A DNA stretch of 64,000 nucleotides. Source: Candidatus Latescibacterota bacterium (GTDB lineage: Bacteria; Latescibacterota; UBA2968; GCA-2709665). This document shows positions 1 to 9,489 of the stretch, in pieces. Numbering within the stretch: position 1 is the stretch's first letter; the number at the start of each line of letters is the position of its first letter. Where the stretch lies: NCBI GenBank assembly GCA_963662665.2, contig CAXXJS010000025.1:84845-148844 (forward strand), in the 5' to 3' direction. The translations under genes and the position numbers were made by a program. The notes beneath the pieces are model-generated. The model saw nothing but the letters and a program-made list of their open reading frames with translations. It was not told the origin of the DNA and did no database searches.

Positions 1-109
1 TGGAACATCCGTCTCTCGCCAGGTACCGCGGCTGACCGGTTAACGGACGGGGCGCTCACTGACGCTGATATTGGAAATTGCATCGCTCATCTTCATGGAG
101 ACTCCCCGG

Positions 110-985
110 ATGACAAGGAAACCGTATTCGCCCGAAGGAAAAACGATCGTCACGAAAAACGACATTATCGAAGGCCTTCGCGACCTGGGGGTGAAAACAG
201 GGGACGCGGTGTTTTTCCACAATTCCCTCAGCAGCATGGGATACGTGGACGGCGGCGCCGAAACCGTGATCGACGCGTTTCTGGAGGCCGTAGGTCCCCG
301 GGGCACCATCGCGGTGAATTCCTGCCATTTCAACGGATGGCACTGCGAATATGCCCGCACCGCCGGTACCCCGGCGTTCGACGTGCGCCGCTCACCGTCC
401 AGGATGGGCAGGATCACCGAGGTGTTTCGTCACCGTCCCGAAGCGGTGCGGTGTCTCGATTCCAGCAATCCGATGTGTGCGATCGGGCATCAGGCGGAGT
501 ACCTCGCGGAAGGCGCGGTTCGCTGTTTCACGCCGTGCGGGCGGGATACGGCCTGGGGAAAGCTGGGCGAGATCGACGCTCACTACATGTTCCTGGGAAC
601 GGGATGGACCAGTTGCACCATGATGCACGCCTGCGAGGAATACGGGCACGCGCCCTACGCGCTGATGGACGAGCCCTCCCGCCTGGAGGTGGCCGACGAA
701 CAGGGCCGCATCCACGTGCACGTCCAGAAGGTGCATACGCCGAACGTGCCCAGGGATTACTTCCTGATGGAACCCGAGATGCAGAAGCAGGGCCTCGTTC
801 AGTACGGAAAGATTGGCGATGCGAAAGTGACCATAATGAACGCCAGGGAACTGATCGAGGCAGGCACCCGGTGTATCGTGGAAGATCCCGGCTTTCTGCT
901 GAAGGACCGCAGTTTCCTCAAGCAGTGCCGGGATCATCAGAGGGGGCTTATTCCACCCGGATACAAGGGCATTTCCGACGTGTAG
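110..985 (+). CDS. AAC(3)-family (Antibiotic_NAT) N-acetyltransferase homologue
   Basis: ORF 71..985. The segment GLRDLGVKTGDAVFFHNSLSSMGYVDGGAETVIDAFLEAVGPRGTIAV fits the AAC(3) N-terminal signature (HSSLSxxG.V.GG...VIxAL...GPxGT) as I recall it. ATG 110 has GGAG 9 nt upstream; starts at 71 or 95 are also possible. Confidence 0.7.
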   Translation: MTRKPYSPEGKTIVTKNDIIEGLRDLGVKTGDAVFFHNSLSSMGYVDGGAETVIDAFLEAVGPRGTIAVNSCHFNGWHCEYARTAGTPAFDVRRSPSRMGRITEVFRHRPEAVRCLDSSNPMCAIGHQAEYLAEGAVRCFTPCGRDTAWGKLGEIDAHYMFLGTGWTSCTMMHACEEYGHAPYALMDEPSRLEVADEQGRIHVHVQKVHTPNVPRDYFLMEPEMQKQGLVQYGKIGDAKVTIMNARELIEAGTRCIVEDPGFLLKDRSFLKQCRDHQRGLIPPGYKGISDV

Positions 986-1096
986 AGTGACATAGTCGAA
1001 GGAGGCAGAGATGCAGATCCTGCCGGACCTCTATCTCGCGGACGGGTTTGCGAACGCGCGACGGCAGTTTATTACCCGGGAGGATCTGCGGAAACG

Positions 1097-2653
1097 ATGT
1101 TGACTCAACGCAAAATTGAAGACGGGCTGACAGGGTTGGGGCTGAAGCCGGGTGCGATTGTGGTGGTTCATTCGTCCCTGAGCAGCCTGGGACCTGTGGA
1201 CGGCGGCCCGAACGCTGTTATCGATGCGCTGGTGGATGCCCTCGGCCCCGACGGAACGTTGTTGATGCCCACGCATCCGGCACGTGACGGACGCACGTTC
1301 GATCCGGTCACTATCCCTTCGGACATGGGCGCAATCAGCGAGACCTTCCGGTTGCGGACGGGCGTGCTGCGCAGCCGGCACCCCTATCATCCGGTGGCGG
1401 GTTGCGGCGCGATGGCGGAGGAGATCCTGTCCGGTCACGAAGATAGCGCGGCGCCGGACGGGCCGGAGACGCCCTATGGCCGTCTGATCACCCTCGGCGG
1501 AAAGGTGCTGCACGTAGGCTGCGACCTGGATACGATGACGCTGCTGCACACGGTGGAGGCGGAACTGGACCTGCCCTATCTCCGCGAATTGGAAATGAAG
1601 TACGTGGCAGATGACGGCGAGGTCCGCGCGATGACGATTCGCCGGTGTCCGGGCGGGCATCGAGGGGGCGTGTTGAAGTTCGATCGGTTATTCAGGGCGG
1701 AGGGCGCCATGGCGGTGGGCACGATCGGTCCGGCGGTGTGCCGCCTGATCGACGCACCCCGTGCCGCGACCATCATGCGGCGCGAGATGTCGCGCGACCC
1801 CGGCTTTGCGCTGGATGAGAATCCGAATTGCGCCGACTGCGCGGGATACAGAGAGAAAATCGCGAGATCGAACGCCGGTCGGCCGGCTGCCCGGCGCGAT
1901 GCCACCGCGACCCCCGGGGAATCGCTGAAGTCCCTGCTCGAGGATGAGGATTCCACCCTGAGCGCACCGCTGTGGGCGGTGGATGCCGATCCCGGAAAGG
2001 CGCTGGATCTGGTCGCATCGGCGGATATTTCATCGGTCGAAGTGCATACGAATCACCAGGTCGATTTCGATGACCTTCCTGGCCGCCTGGGAGATCGGGA
2101 CCTCGAGGTCGCGGTATTGCGCACCCCGTTCGCATCAGCCGGGAAGCTGGCGGAGGCCTGTACAATTGCAGCCCGTTTCGATGCAAAGTACCTGCATGTC
2201 CGCCTGCAGGACAACTTCGGGCCCGCGGATCTGAACGGTTCACTTGAACGGCTCTCACGGGTCGCCGACGAAAGCGGTATCACCGTACTTGTGGGGAATC
2301 CCGCGGATGTGAACCCGTCTGATATCGCCGAAAGGTTGAGAGAGATCGGGGCCGCCGGGACAGACATGGCATACGATCCGGCCGCCGTCGCGGCATCGGG
2401 CGGAAGCCCGTTCTATAAGGGACTTTACAAAGGGCCGATCCGGCGGTTTGTCAGGCACGTCGACTTCAGGGACGTCGTTGCGGAAAGCGGAGAACCGGCG
2501 GTTCCCGGCAAAGGCAACGCGGAACTCGTGGAGATCCTCTCCAACCTCAGATGTCGAAGTTTCAACGGGGTCTTCTGCCTCTGGCCGCTGCCCGGGGTTT
2601 TCGGATTCCAGGACGCCGTTAACGGCTTTCGGGAAATAATCGAGCGGATCTGA
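1097..2653 (+). CDS. AAC(3)-like acetyltransferase domain fused to a xylose-isomerase-like TIM-barrel (sugar phosphate isomerase/epimerase-like) domain
   Basis: 518-aa ORF. The N-terminal LGLKPGAIVVVHSSLSSLGPVDGGPNAVIDALVDALGPDGTLLMPTH is paralogous to the upstream gene, and DPGFAL matches DPGFLL there. The C-terminal ~230 aa resemble sugar-phosphate isomerase/epimerase TIM barrels; that assignment is weaker. Confidence 0.65.
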   Translation: MLTQRKIEDGLTGLGLKPGAIVVVHSSLSSLGPVDGGPNAVIDALVDALGPDGTLLMPTHPARDGRTFDPVTIPSDMGAISETFRLRTGVLRSRHPYHPVAGCGAMAEEILSGHEDSAAPDGPETPYGRLITLGGKVLHVGCDLDTMTLLHTVEAELDLPYLRELEMKYVADDGEVRAMTIRRCPGGHRGGVLKFDRLFRAEGAMAVGTIGPAVCRLIDAPRAATIMRREMSRDPGFALDENPNCADCAGYREKIARSNAGRPAARRDATATPGESLKSLLEDEDSTLSAPLWAVDADPGKALDLVASADISSVEVHTNHQVDFDDLPGRLGDRDLEVAVLRTPFASAGKLAEACTIAARFDAKYLHVRLQDNFGPADLNGSLERLSRVADESGITVLVGNPADVNPSDIAERLREIGAAGTDMAYDPAAVAASGGSPFYKGLYKGPIRRFVRHVDFRDVVAESGEPAVPGKGNAELVEILSNLRCRSFNGVFCLWPLPGVFGFQDAVNGFREIIERI

Positions 2654-2695
2654 AAAACGGCTACCGGTAACAGCCACGGAGTCAGAAGGAACGGC

Positions 2696-4396
2696 ATGAG
2701 TGAGAGAGACGACGCACTGGGTATCGCCGTGGAGAAGGACGTCCCCGTACCGATGTCCGACGGCGTGGTGTTGCGCGCAAACGTGTTCAGACCGGCGGGC
2801 TCGGGGCGGTATCCCGGACTGCTGATGAGGACGCCTTACGGAAAGCCGAATGGCGGTTTTGAACGGGTCGTGCGGTCCGGTTACGCCGTGGTCACTCAGG
2901 ATTCCCGGGGTCGCTATGCTTCGGAAGGGACGTATGTCCCCTATACGGTTGAGGGTGACACGCCCGACGCGCGGGACGGATACGAGAGCGTGGAGTGGCT
3001 GGCGCGGCAGCAATATTGCAACGGGAAGGTCGGCACGTTCGGCGGATCCTACAACGCCTGGATGCAGTGGATGCTGGCGAAGTTGCGGCCGCCGCACCTG
3101 GTCGCGATGTGCGCCTGGTCGATTCCACTGGAAAACACCGAGGTCGACTGGTGGGGCGCTTTCCGGCCCGGCCGGCGCATCAAATGGTGGATGGGCACCA
3201 TTGCGCCGGATCTCCGCAGACGTGAGGGCGCACCCGGACCGCACCGGAAGGAAGACGCACTGGAAATCTGGGAAAACGTGGAGCATATGCGGTGGCTCTA
3301 TTTTATGCCATGGCTGGACTTTCCACGTTATCTGCCCCAGGGAATGGCAGGGTACGCCGAGGACTGGCTGCGGCATCCGAACCGCAGGTGCTGGAAATTC
3401 GACGAGGTACACCGGGAGGTGGAAGTGCCTAACCTGGATTTCAGCGGGTGGTACGACCATTGCGGAGGAACGATGGCCCACCTGGGCCTGATGCAGAAGC
3501 ATGGCCGGTCTGAAATTGCGAGGACGCAGACCCGGATTGTCATCGGGCCGTGGAACCACAGCGGACTGGGAAACCGGCGCCAGGGCGGGATCGATTTCGG
3601 GCCTGAAGCCCGGATGGATCTGCAGGATCGGATGATCCGCTGGTTCGACCGCTGGTTGAAGGATACCGATAACGGAGTGGATCTGGAACCGCCCGTGCGG
3701 TACTTTGTGATGGGCTCGGGCCAATGGAAGTCGGCGGATACGTGGCCGCCCGGTGGAACGATTCGGGCGGACTACTATCTGGACAGCGACGGCGACGCGC
3801 ACCTCCCCGCGGGGTCCGGCCGTCTGCTCGACGCACCGGCCGCCGGTGAGAGCACGGACACGTACGTGTACGATCCGAATGACCCGGTTCCCACGCTTTG
3901 GTCAACGGCGCTGTTTACGGAACCGTCGGACAGGAGGGTACTCGATTACCGCCAGGACATTCTGATTTTTCGGACCCCTGCTCTGGAATCCGACGTGGAA
4001 ACCGTGGGGTATCCCGAAGTGGTGCTGAACGCTGCGACGTCGGCGGCGGACACCGATTTTTTCGTCCGGCTCGTGGACGAAGTCCCGGACGGTCCGGCAA
4101 CGGACGTCGCATACGGAATGGTCCGCGCCCGGCATCGCCATTCGCTGGACGAGGAAGACTTCATCATCCCGAAAGCGGTGACCGAATACCGCATCCGCCT
4201 GACGCCCACGGCATGCAGGTTTCTCGCGGGACACCGGATCCGCCTCGAAATCACGAGCAGCGACTTTCCAAATCACGACAGGAATCACAACACGGGCGGA
4301 AACGACCTCGCCGAGACCAGACTCGTGACGGCAACTCAGGAAGTCCATCATTCGGCGGAATATCCCTCCCGTCTGATTCTGCCGGTCTCTCAATGA
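2696..4396 (+). CDS. CocE/NonD family alpha/beta hydrolase (peptidase S15-like)
   Basis: 566-aa ORF with an AAGGAA SD. It has VPMSDGVVLRANVFRP...YPGLLMRTPYGK at the N-terminus, a GGSYNAW nucleophile-elbow-like motif, and a C-terminal jelly-roll region ending HRIRLEITSSDFP, typical of the family. Confidence 0.8.
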   Translation: MSERDDALGIAVEKDVPVPMSDGVVLRANVFRPAGSGRYPGLLMRTPYGKPNGGFERVVRSGYAVVTQDSRGRYASEGTYVPYTVEGDTPDARDGYESVEWLARQQYCNGKVGTFGGSYNAWMQWMLAKLRPPHLVAMCAWSIPLENTEVDWWGAFRPGRRIKWWMGTIAPDLRRREGAPGPHRKEDALEIWENVEHMRWLYFMPWLDFPRYLPQGMAGYAEDWLRHPNRRCWKFDEVHREVEVPNLDFSGWYDHCGGTMAHLGLMQKHGRSEIARTQTRIVIGPWNHSGLGNRRQGGIDFGPEARMDLQDRMIRWFDRWLKDTDNGVDLEPPVRYFVMGSGQWKSADTWPPGGTIRADYYLDSDGDAHLPAGSGRLLDAPAAGESTDTYVYDPNDPVPTLWSTALFTEPSDRRVLDYRQDILIFRTPALESDVETVGYPEVVLNAATSAADTDFFVRLVDEVPDGPATDVAYGMVRARHRHSLDEEDFIIPKAVTEYRIRLTPTACRFLAGHRIRLEITSSDFPNHDRNHNTGGNDLAETRLVTATQEVHHSAEYPSRLILPVSQ

Positions 4397-4454
4397 ATCG
4401 GCGGAAAGAGAATCAGCGAACTGGAGAAACGGAGATGGGCGGCGTGAAATCGAG

Positions 4455-5672
4455 ATGAATTCCAGATTCGAATGGCGCCTGTGTCACCCACACGTCGAGT
4501 CGACCGGTGGCGACGTACCCTGCGCCAGAGAGGCGCCGGGCGTGCTGCTGCCCTACGAGAGACGCATCTATATGTTCGGCGGCGGCGCCCTCAGATACGG
4601 CGCTTCCTCCGGCCAGGGAAACAAGTCCACGCTGGGCGCACTGAACGACCTGTGGGTGTACGATCCGTCGGTCGAGGAATGGAACCTGTTGGAGGCAAAC
4701 GACGGCGCTGCCGGATTCGACATCTCTGCAGACAGGCCATGCGCTCGCATACTGCCCGCGTGGGTTGAGGTAGACGACCGGTTCTATCTGTTCGGCGGGT
4801 TGTCGATCCTGAGCGAGGGTTGGAAGTTCGCCCTCCTGAACGACCTGTGGGTGTACGATCCCTCGGATGCGCGCTGGACGCTGTTGGAGCCGGATGACGG
4901 CGTATTGCTGGAGTACCCCGACTGCGTGGGCCGGGGACGGCCGACGACCATGGGCGGATTCGGAACGGCCGTTATCGGGAGCAGGATCTATTTCTTTGGC
5001 GGATGGGGCCATCGGGCGCCGCTTCCCCCGACGGTTGAAACCGCGGTACTGAGCAGGCAACTCTGGACCTATGATACCGGGACCGGAACCTGGGACCGGA
5101 TTGAAGCGGCGGACGGCGCGGCCGTCCCGCCGAAGCGGTACGTCATGTCGATGACGGCCTGGGAGAATCGGATCTACGTCTGGGCGGGGCGGGACACACA
5201 GGACCGGGATCCGCAGTTCTATAACGATCTCTGGTGCTTCGATCCTGCCACGTGCGCATGGACCTGCATGGCGGAAAACGACTTCGGGGCGGCGAACCGG
5301 CCTTCCGCCCGGTACGGTCAGGGATCGGCCCGGATCGGGGACGGGTGGTATGTATTCGGCGGGTTCGGATCGCAGGGGACCTTCATGCCCGAAGAAGTGA
5401 ACGGGCCGCAATTGAACGATCTGTGGCGCCTGAGTCTGGGCACCGGAGACTGGACCTGCCTGCAGGCGCACGACGGATCGAAGAATTATTCGGGGTCCGC
5501 GCCGTATCCCGGAGTCCGTCGCGTGCCGGGCATGGCAGCCCTGGATGACGCGGTGTATCTGTTCGGCGGCCTTGACCTGGCCAGCGGGCCGAACGACGAT
5601 GGGCCGGTGACTGGTTTCAACGACCTCTGGGTGGGGCGTGAATCGCAGGCACGCACCGGGACAGTCGCGTAG
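4455..5672 (+). CDS. Kelch-repeat beta-propeller protein
   Basis: 405-aa ORF with a recurring blade signature: LNDLWVYDP (x2), YNDLWCFDP, LNDLWRLSL, FNDLWVG, plus repeated YxFGG. Confidence 0.7.
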   Translation: MNSRFEWRLCHPHVESTGGDVPCAREAPGVLLPYERRIYMFGGGALRYGASSGQGNKSTLGALNDLWVYDPSVEEWNLLEANDGAAGFDISADRPCARILPAWVEVDDRFYLFGGLSILSEGWKFALLNDLWVYDPSDARWTLLEPDDGVLLEYPDCVGRGRPTTMGGFGTAVIGSRIYFFGGWGHRAPLPPTVETAVLSRQLWTYDTGTGTWDRIEAADGAAVPPKRYVMSMTAWENRIYVWAGRDTQDRDPQFYNDLWCFDPATCAWTCMAENDFGAANRPSARYGQGSARIGDGWYVFGGFGSQGTFMPEEVNGPQLNDLWRLSLGTGDWTCLQAHDGSKNYSGSAPYPGVRRVPGMAALDDAVYLFGGLDLASGPNDDGPVTGFNDLWVGRESQARTGTVA

Positions 5673-5688
5673 ATACGGGAGATCGGCG

Positions 5689-6510
5689 ATGAAACTGATG
5701 ATTATGACGGACCTGGAAGGCGTGGCGGGCATTCTGAATTTCGAGGACTGGTGTACGCCGGGCGCGATGTATTACGATAAGGCGAAGAGGCTGTTGACGC
5801 TGGAGGTCAACGCCGCGGTGGACGGGTTCAGCGAAGGCGGCGCGGAAGAGATCCTGGTGGTGGACGGGCACGGGCACGGCGCGATGGATCCTGAACTTCT
5901 GGACGAACGTGCGCAACTGATGCGCGGCCACGCCGCTCCGATCTGGCCCTGGAGCCTGGATGGTTCGTACCAGGGACTGGCATACGTGGGGCAGCACGCG
6001 AAGGCCGGAACGCCGTATTCCCACCTGACACACACGGGAAGCTTCGCGTGCGTGGACTACGCGATCAACGGAATTTCCATCGGAGAATACGGGCAACTGG
6101 TGCTGTGCGCGATGGAATTGGGCGTTCCCACGATTTTCGCGGCGGGCGAGGAAGCGTTCGCGGCGGAGGCCGAGGCGCTGACACCCGGCGTCGTGACCGC
6201 GGGCGTGAAACGGGGACTGCTTCCCGACGGGCTGGAAGACCTGGATGCGGACGCATACAGCCGCGCCAAGCTGAGCGCGGTCAATCTGGCGCCCGCACGG
6301 TCCCGCGCGCTCATCCGTGAAGGAGCCCGGAACGCAATCGGGAAGCTGAAGGCAGATCCTTCATCTTTCCGATATCCGGACATGAAACCGCCGTACGTGC
6401 GCACCGCGAGCTACCGTAAGCGCGGCAATACGCCGGGATTCAGCACCCGCGACGAGCACCCGGACAGCATCATCGGATTGATGAATATGGCGCAGACAAG
6501 GGTGGCGTAG
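5689..6510 (+). CDS. M55 family D-aminopeptidase (DppA-like)
   Basis: The N-terminus MKLMIMTDLEGVAGI resembles the DppA/M55 start (MKIxISxDMEGxxG). GGGAG SD lies 8 nt upstream of ATG 5689. The ORF is open from 5638. Confidence 0.65.
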   Translation: MKLMIMTDLEGVAGILNFEDWCTPGAMYYDKAKRLLTLEVNAAVDGFSEGGAEEILVVDGHGHGAMDPELLDERAQLMRGHAAPIWPWSLDGSYQGLAYVGQHAKAGTPYSHLTHTGSFACVDYAINGISIGEYGQLVLCAMELGVPTIFAAGEEAFAAEAEALTPGVVTAGVKRGLLPDGLEDLDADAYSRAKLSAVNLAPARSRALIREGARNAIGKLKADPSSFRYPDMKPPYVRTASYRKRGNTPGFSTRDEHPDSIIGLMNMAQTRVA

Positions 6511-6563
6511 CCCAACCGGCGTCTGGTTTAATTCGCGGGAGCCGGGTAACCTGGAGCATACGA

Positions 6564-7196
6564 ATGGTTGACGTCACACACGAATTCGACGCGCCCGGGC
6601 CGCAGCCGAACGGCATGCAGGCCACGGCGGACGGCATCTGGGTTCTGGATCAGAAAACGAACCAGGCAGTCCTGGTTTCCTTCGCGGGCGAAACGTTAAA
6701 GACGCTGAATACGGCGTCGGACCGGGGGAGCGGGATTACCGACACGGGTTTGGCGCTGTGGCTGGCCTCCACGTATGACCGGAAGATTCTGCGCGTGGAT
6801 CGCGAGACGGGCGAAACACTGGACCGGTTCGATACTCCCGGCGCGGTGGCAACGGGCGCCCACGGACTGGAGATGCGCGACGGCCGCCTCTGGATGGCCG
6901 TGCCGCCGTCGGCCACGATTTACCAGGTGGACGTGGCTTGCGGCTTTGAAGTGATATATTCGATTCCCGCTCCCGGAGACCGTCCGCATGGCATTGCATG
7001 GGAGGGCCGGGGCCTCTGGTGCGTGGAAACCGATCACCGTGCGATTTACCGATTGAACGCGGCAGACGGTGGAATCCGTGAACGTATCGAGATTCCCGAA
7101 GAGCACCCCGAACCGCACGGGATGACGATGTGGGACGGGGCATTCTGGTACTGCGACGCCGGTTCCCGGGCGGTATGCCGCGTGAGAAGGAGATAA
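6564..7196 (+). CDS. small 5-bladed beta-propeller protein (glutamine-cyclotransferase-like; function uncertain)
   Basis: 210-aa ORF with GGAGC SD. Five ~42-aa repeats share the pattern P.G....G.LW (PNGMQATADGIWVL, GSGITDTGLALWLA, GAHGLEMRDGRLWMA, PHGIAWEGRGLWCV, PHGMTMWDGAFWYC). Confidence 0.4.
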   Translation: MVDVTHEFDAPGPQPNGMQATADGIWVLDQKTNQAVLVSFAGETLKTLNTASDRGSGITDTGLALWLASTYDRKILRVDRETGETLDRFDTPGAVATGAHGLEMRDGRLWMAVPPSATIYQVDVACGFEVIYSIPAPGDRPHGIAWEGRGLWCVETDHRAIYRLNAADGGIRERIEIPEEHPEPHGMTMWDGAFWYCDAGSRAVCRVRRR

Positions 7197-7262
7197 GGCC
7201 GCTGATTATGCAGCAAGACGGGATGGCGACGCCCCGCCGGCGGCCGGGACCGCTTTCATTCT

Positions 7263-8168
7263 ATGGACCGATCGACCGACATGGGCGAGAACGAAAGAGA
7301 GGCGCCGCGTATCTTCGCGCTGTCCGACGTCCACGTGGACTCCGCGCTCAATCTGGCCTGGGTGGATTCGCTCTCCGAGTCCGACTTCCAGCGGGACGTG
7401 TTGATTCTCGCCGGCGACGTCAGCGACCGCGTGGAGCGGTTGGAAAGGACGTTGTCCGACTTGCGGCGCAGGTTCGCAAGCGTGTTTTTTGTCCCGGGAA
7501 ACCATGAACTGTGGATACGGCGAGCCGGGCCGCCTCGCGGTTCTCTGGACAAATTCGAACAGGTGCTTGCCATTTGCGACCGTCTCGACGTCAGGACGCG
7601 ACCCGGCAGAATCGGAAACCGGATAGGCGTCTGGATCGTCCCTCTCTTTTCGTGGTATCTGAAACCCGAGGAAGGACCGGACAGCCTGTATACGCCAAAG
7701 TCAGGTGAAGACGAGACACTATCCATGTGGAGCGACGACCATTTCTTCAGGTGGCCGGAGACCGCGAGGCCGGCCGCTGAATTTTTCCTTGGCGTGAACG
7801 AGAGGAACATCTCGCGGACATACGAAGCGCCGTTGATCTCGTTCAGCCACTTTCTGCCGAGACGTGAACTGATATTCGGCATGCCCGCGCCACGGCGGTG
7901 GGGCGGATCGCCCGGAGACCCGCATCCCGCGTTCAACTTCAGCCGCGTGGCGGGTTGCCGGGGCCTGGATGTGCAGATTCGTCGCCTTGGGTCGACCCTT
8001 CACGTTTACGGCCACCAGCATCGGAACCGGTTTCGCGAGATTGACGGCGTAACCTATGTTTCTCATTGTCTGGGATACCCGCGGGAAAGAGAGAACGGGC
8101 ATATTCGAGGGCTCGACGGCGGCCCGCGTCTGGTCTGGGATGCCGGCAGACCCGTACGCGATGCGTAA
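7263..8168 (+). CDS. calcineurin-like metallophosphoesterase
   Basis: Motifs appear in family order: SDVHVD, LAGDVSD, VPGNHELW, VYGHQH. The start could be ATG 7284. Confidence 0.8.
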   Translation: MDRSTDMGENEREAPRIFALSDVHVDSALNLAWVDSLSESDFQRDVLILAGDVSDRVERLERTLSDLRRRFASVFFVPGNHELWIRRAGPPRGSLDKFEQVLAICDRLDVRTRPGRIGNRIGVWIVPLFSWYLKPEEGPDSLYTPKSGEDETLSMWSDDHFFRWPETARPAAEFFLGVNERNISRTYEAPLISFSHFLPRRELIFGMPAPRRWGGSPGDPHPAFNFSRVAGCRGLDVQIRRLGSTLHVYGHQHRNRFREIDGVTYVSHCLGYPRERENGHIRGLDGGPRLVWDAGRPVRDA

Positions 8169-8235
8169 TGGCCGCTCCGTCGGTCGGATCAGGTCGGTCA
8201 GGTCCATCAAATACACAACGTGGGGGCTTCGCTGT

Positions 8236-8730
8236 ATGAAACGGCTTTATGTGATTCGACATGCAAAGTCGAGCTGGAGCGATCCGGCGCTTGGCGATTT
8301 CGATCGCCCGTTGAACAAGCGCGGTAAACGGGACGCGCCGTTTATGGGCACGCGCCTGAAAGAAGGCGGGGCGAAGCCCGACATGATTGTCTGCAGTCCC
8401 GCGAAACGTGCGGTCAAGACTGCCCGCGCGATCGCGAAGGCATTGGGATTCCCCACGGGTAAGATCGTGGAGGAAACGTCGGTTTACGAGGCGAGCCTGT
8501 ACGACCTGCTTGCCGTGGTGCGGAATATCCCGGACGCTTGCGACGAAGCGATCATGGTGGGCCACAATCCGGGCTTCTCGGACCTGGCCGGTTACCTTGC
8601 TTCGGATTCTCACGTTAATATGCCAACCTGCGCCGTCTGTTGCGTGGATCTGGAGGTCGACTCCTGGGCGAGCGTAACGGCCGGTCCCGGAAGGATGGTA
8701 TCCTACGACTATCCGAAAAAACACGCATAG
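8236..8730 (+). CDS. SixA-type histidine phosphatase family protein
   Basis: The N-terminus MKRLYVIRHAKSSW carries the RHA/G catalytic motif. The later VGHNPGFSD motif is also present. The ORF is open from 8056 but the homologous region starts at 8236. Confidence 0.8.
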   Translation: MKRLYVIRHAKSSWSDPALGDFDRPLNKRGKRDAPFMGTRLKEGGAKPDMIVCSPAKRAVKTARAIAKALGFPTGKIVEETSVYEASLYDLLAVVRNIPDACDEAIMVGHNPGFSDLAGYLASDSHVNMPTCAVCCVDLEVDSWASVTAGPGRMVSYDYPKKHA

Positions 8731-8736
8731 ACAGCG

Positions 8737-9489
8737 ATGATCGACCTGACAATCGAAAACGAAATCGCGTGGCTGACGTTGAACCGGCCCGAGGTGCTGA
8801 ATGCGATGGATCTTGATAGCGTGCGCGCGTTCCGCGCGCGCCTTGAAGCGGTCCGCGATCGTGAAGACGTGCGGGTTGTGGTAACCGGCGGCGCGGGTCG
8901 CGCGTTTTGCGCGGGCAGCGATCTGAAGGACCTGGCGCCCCTATCTCCGGCGCAGGCCGCGAAGGCGGAACGGGCGCATGCCGATGCCTTCGCCCTGCTG
9001 GATGCCATGCCGCAACCCACGGTCGCCATGCTCCACGGGCACGTCCTCGGCGGCGGGATGGGGCTCGCGCTGTACCATGACTTCCGGATCGCATCGGTAT
9101 CGGCAAGTCTGGGGATGCCGGAAGTGGAACTGGGATGGACGCCGCCGTGGGGGCTGGGCCGGCTGGTCGACGTTGTCGGCGGAGCAGCCGCAAGGTGGCT
9201 CGCGATGGGGTGCGAAACGGTGACCGGCGACGAGGCGAAGGCTATCGGCCTGGTACACGACTGCGTTGCGGACGATGCGTTGAGGGACAGGGTCCGGGCA
9301 TTTGCGCTGCGTCTCGCGTCGCTTCCGCCGTTGGCGCTGAGAGAGACGAAGGTCCTCCTGAACCGGATATCGCCGGCTCGCAACGCCCGGTGGGATGCCG
9401 CCGCGTCAGAGGCCTTCGAGCTTTGTTTCGGTACGGACGAGGCTAGCGCGAACGTGGCCGAATTCATTGCGCGGAAGAAGAAACGATGA
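8737..9489 (+). CDS. enoyl-CoA hydratase/isomerase (crotonase) family protein
   Basis: LTLNRPEVLNAM and VVVTGGAGRAFCAGSDLKD (oxyanion-hole region) are present. There is a 4-nt ATGA overlap with the downstream ligase gene. Confidence 0.8.
   Translation: MIDLTIENEIAWLTLNRPEVLNAMDLDSVRAFRARLEAVRDREDVRVVVTGGAGRAFCAGSDLKDLAPLSPAQAAKAERAHADAFALLDAMPQPTVAMLHGHVLGGGMGLALYHDFRIASVSASLGMPEVELGWTPPWGLGRLVDVVGGAAARWLAMGCETVTGDEAKAIGLVHDCVADDALRDRVRAFALRLASLPPLALRETKVLLNRISPARNARWDAAASEAFELCFGTDEASANVAEFIARKKKR

Noticed and set aside
2255-3802. 515-aa minus-strand ORF, and similar long antisense ORFs: 4413..5732(-), 8709..10400(-), 20630..21736(-), 30038..31393(-), 34968..36062(-), 41054..42322(+), 42838..44196(+), 49766..50686(+), 50874..51767(+), 51923..52948(+), 62217..63341(-).
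   Set aside because: Each lies opposite an ORF with clear family motifs. Their translations are R/P/G/A-rich and low in complexity, with no recognisable motifs. These are typical shadow ORFs of high-GC DNA.
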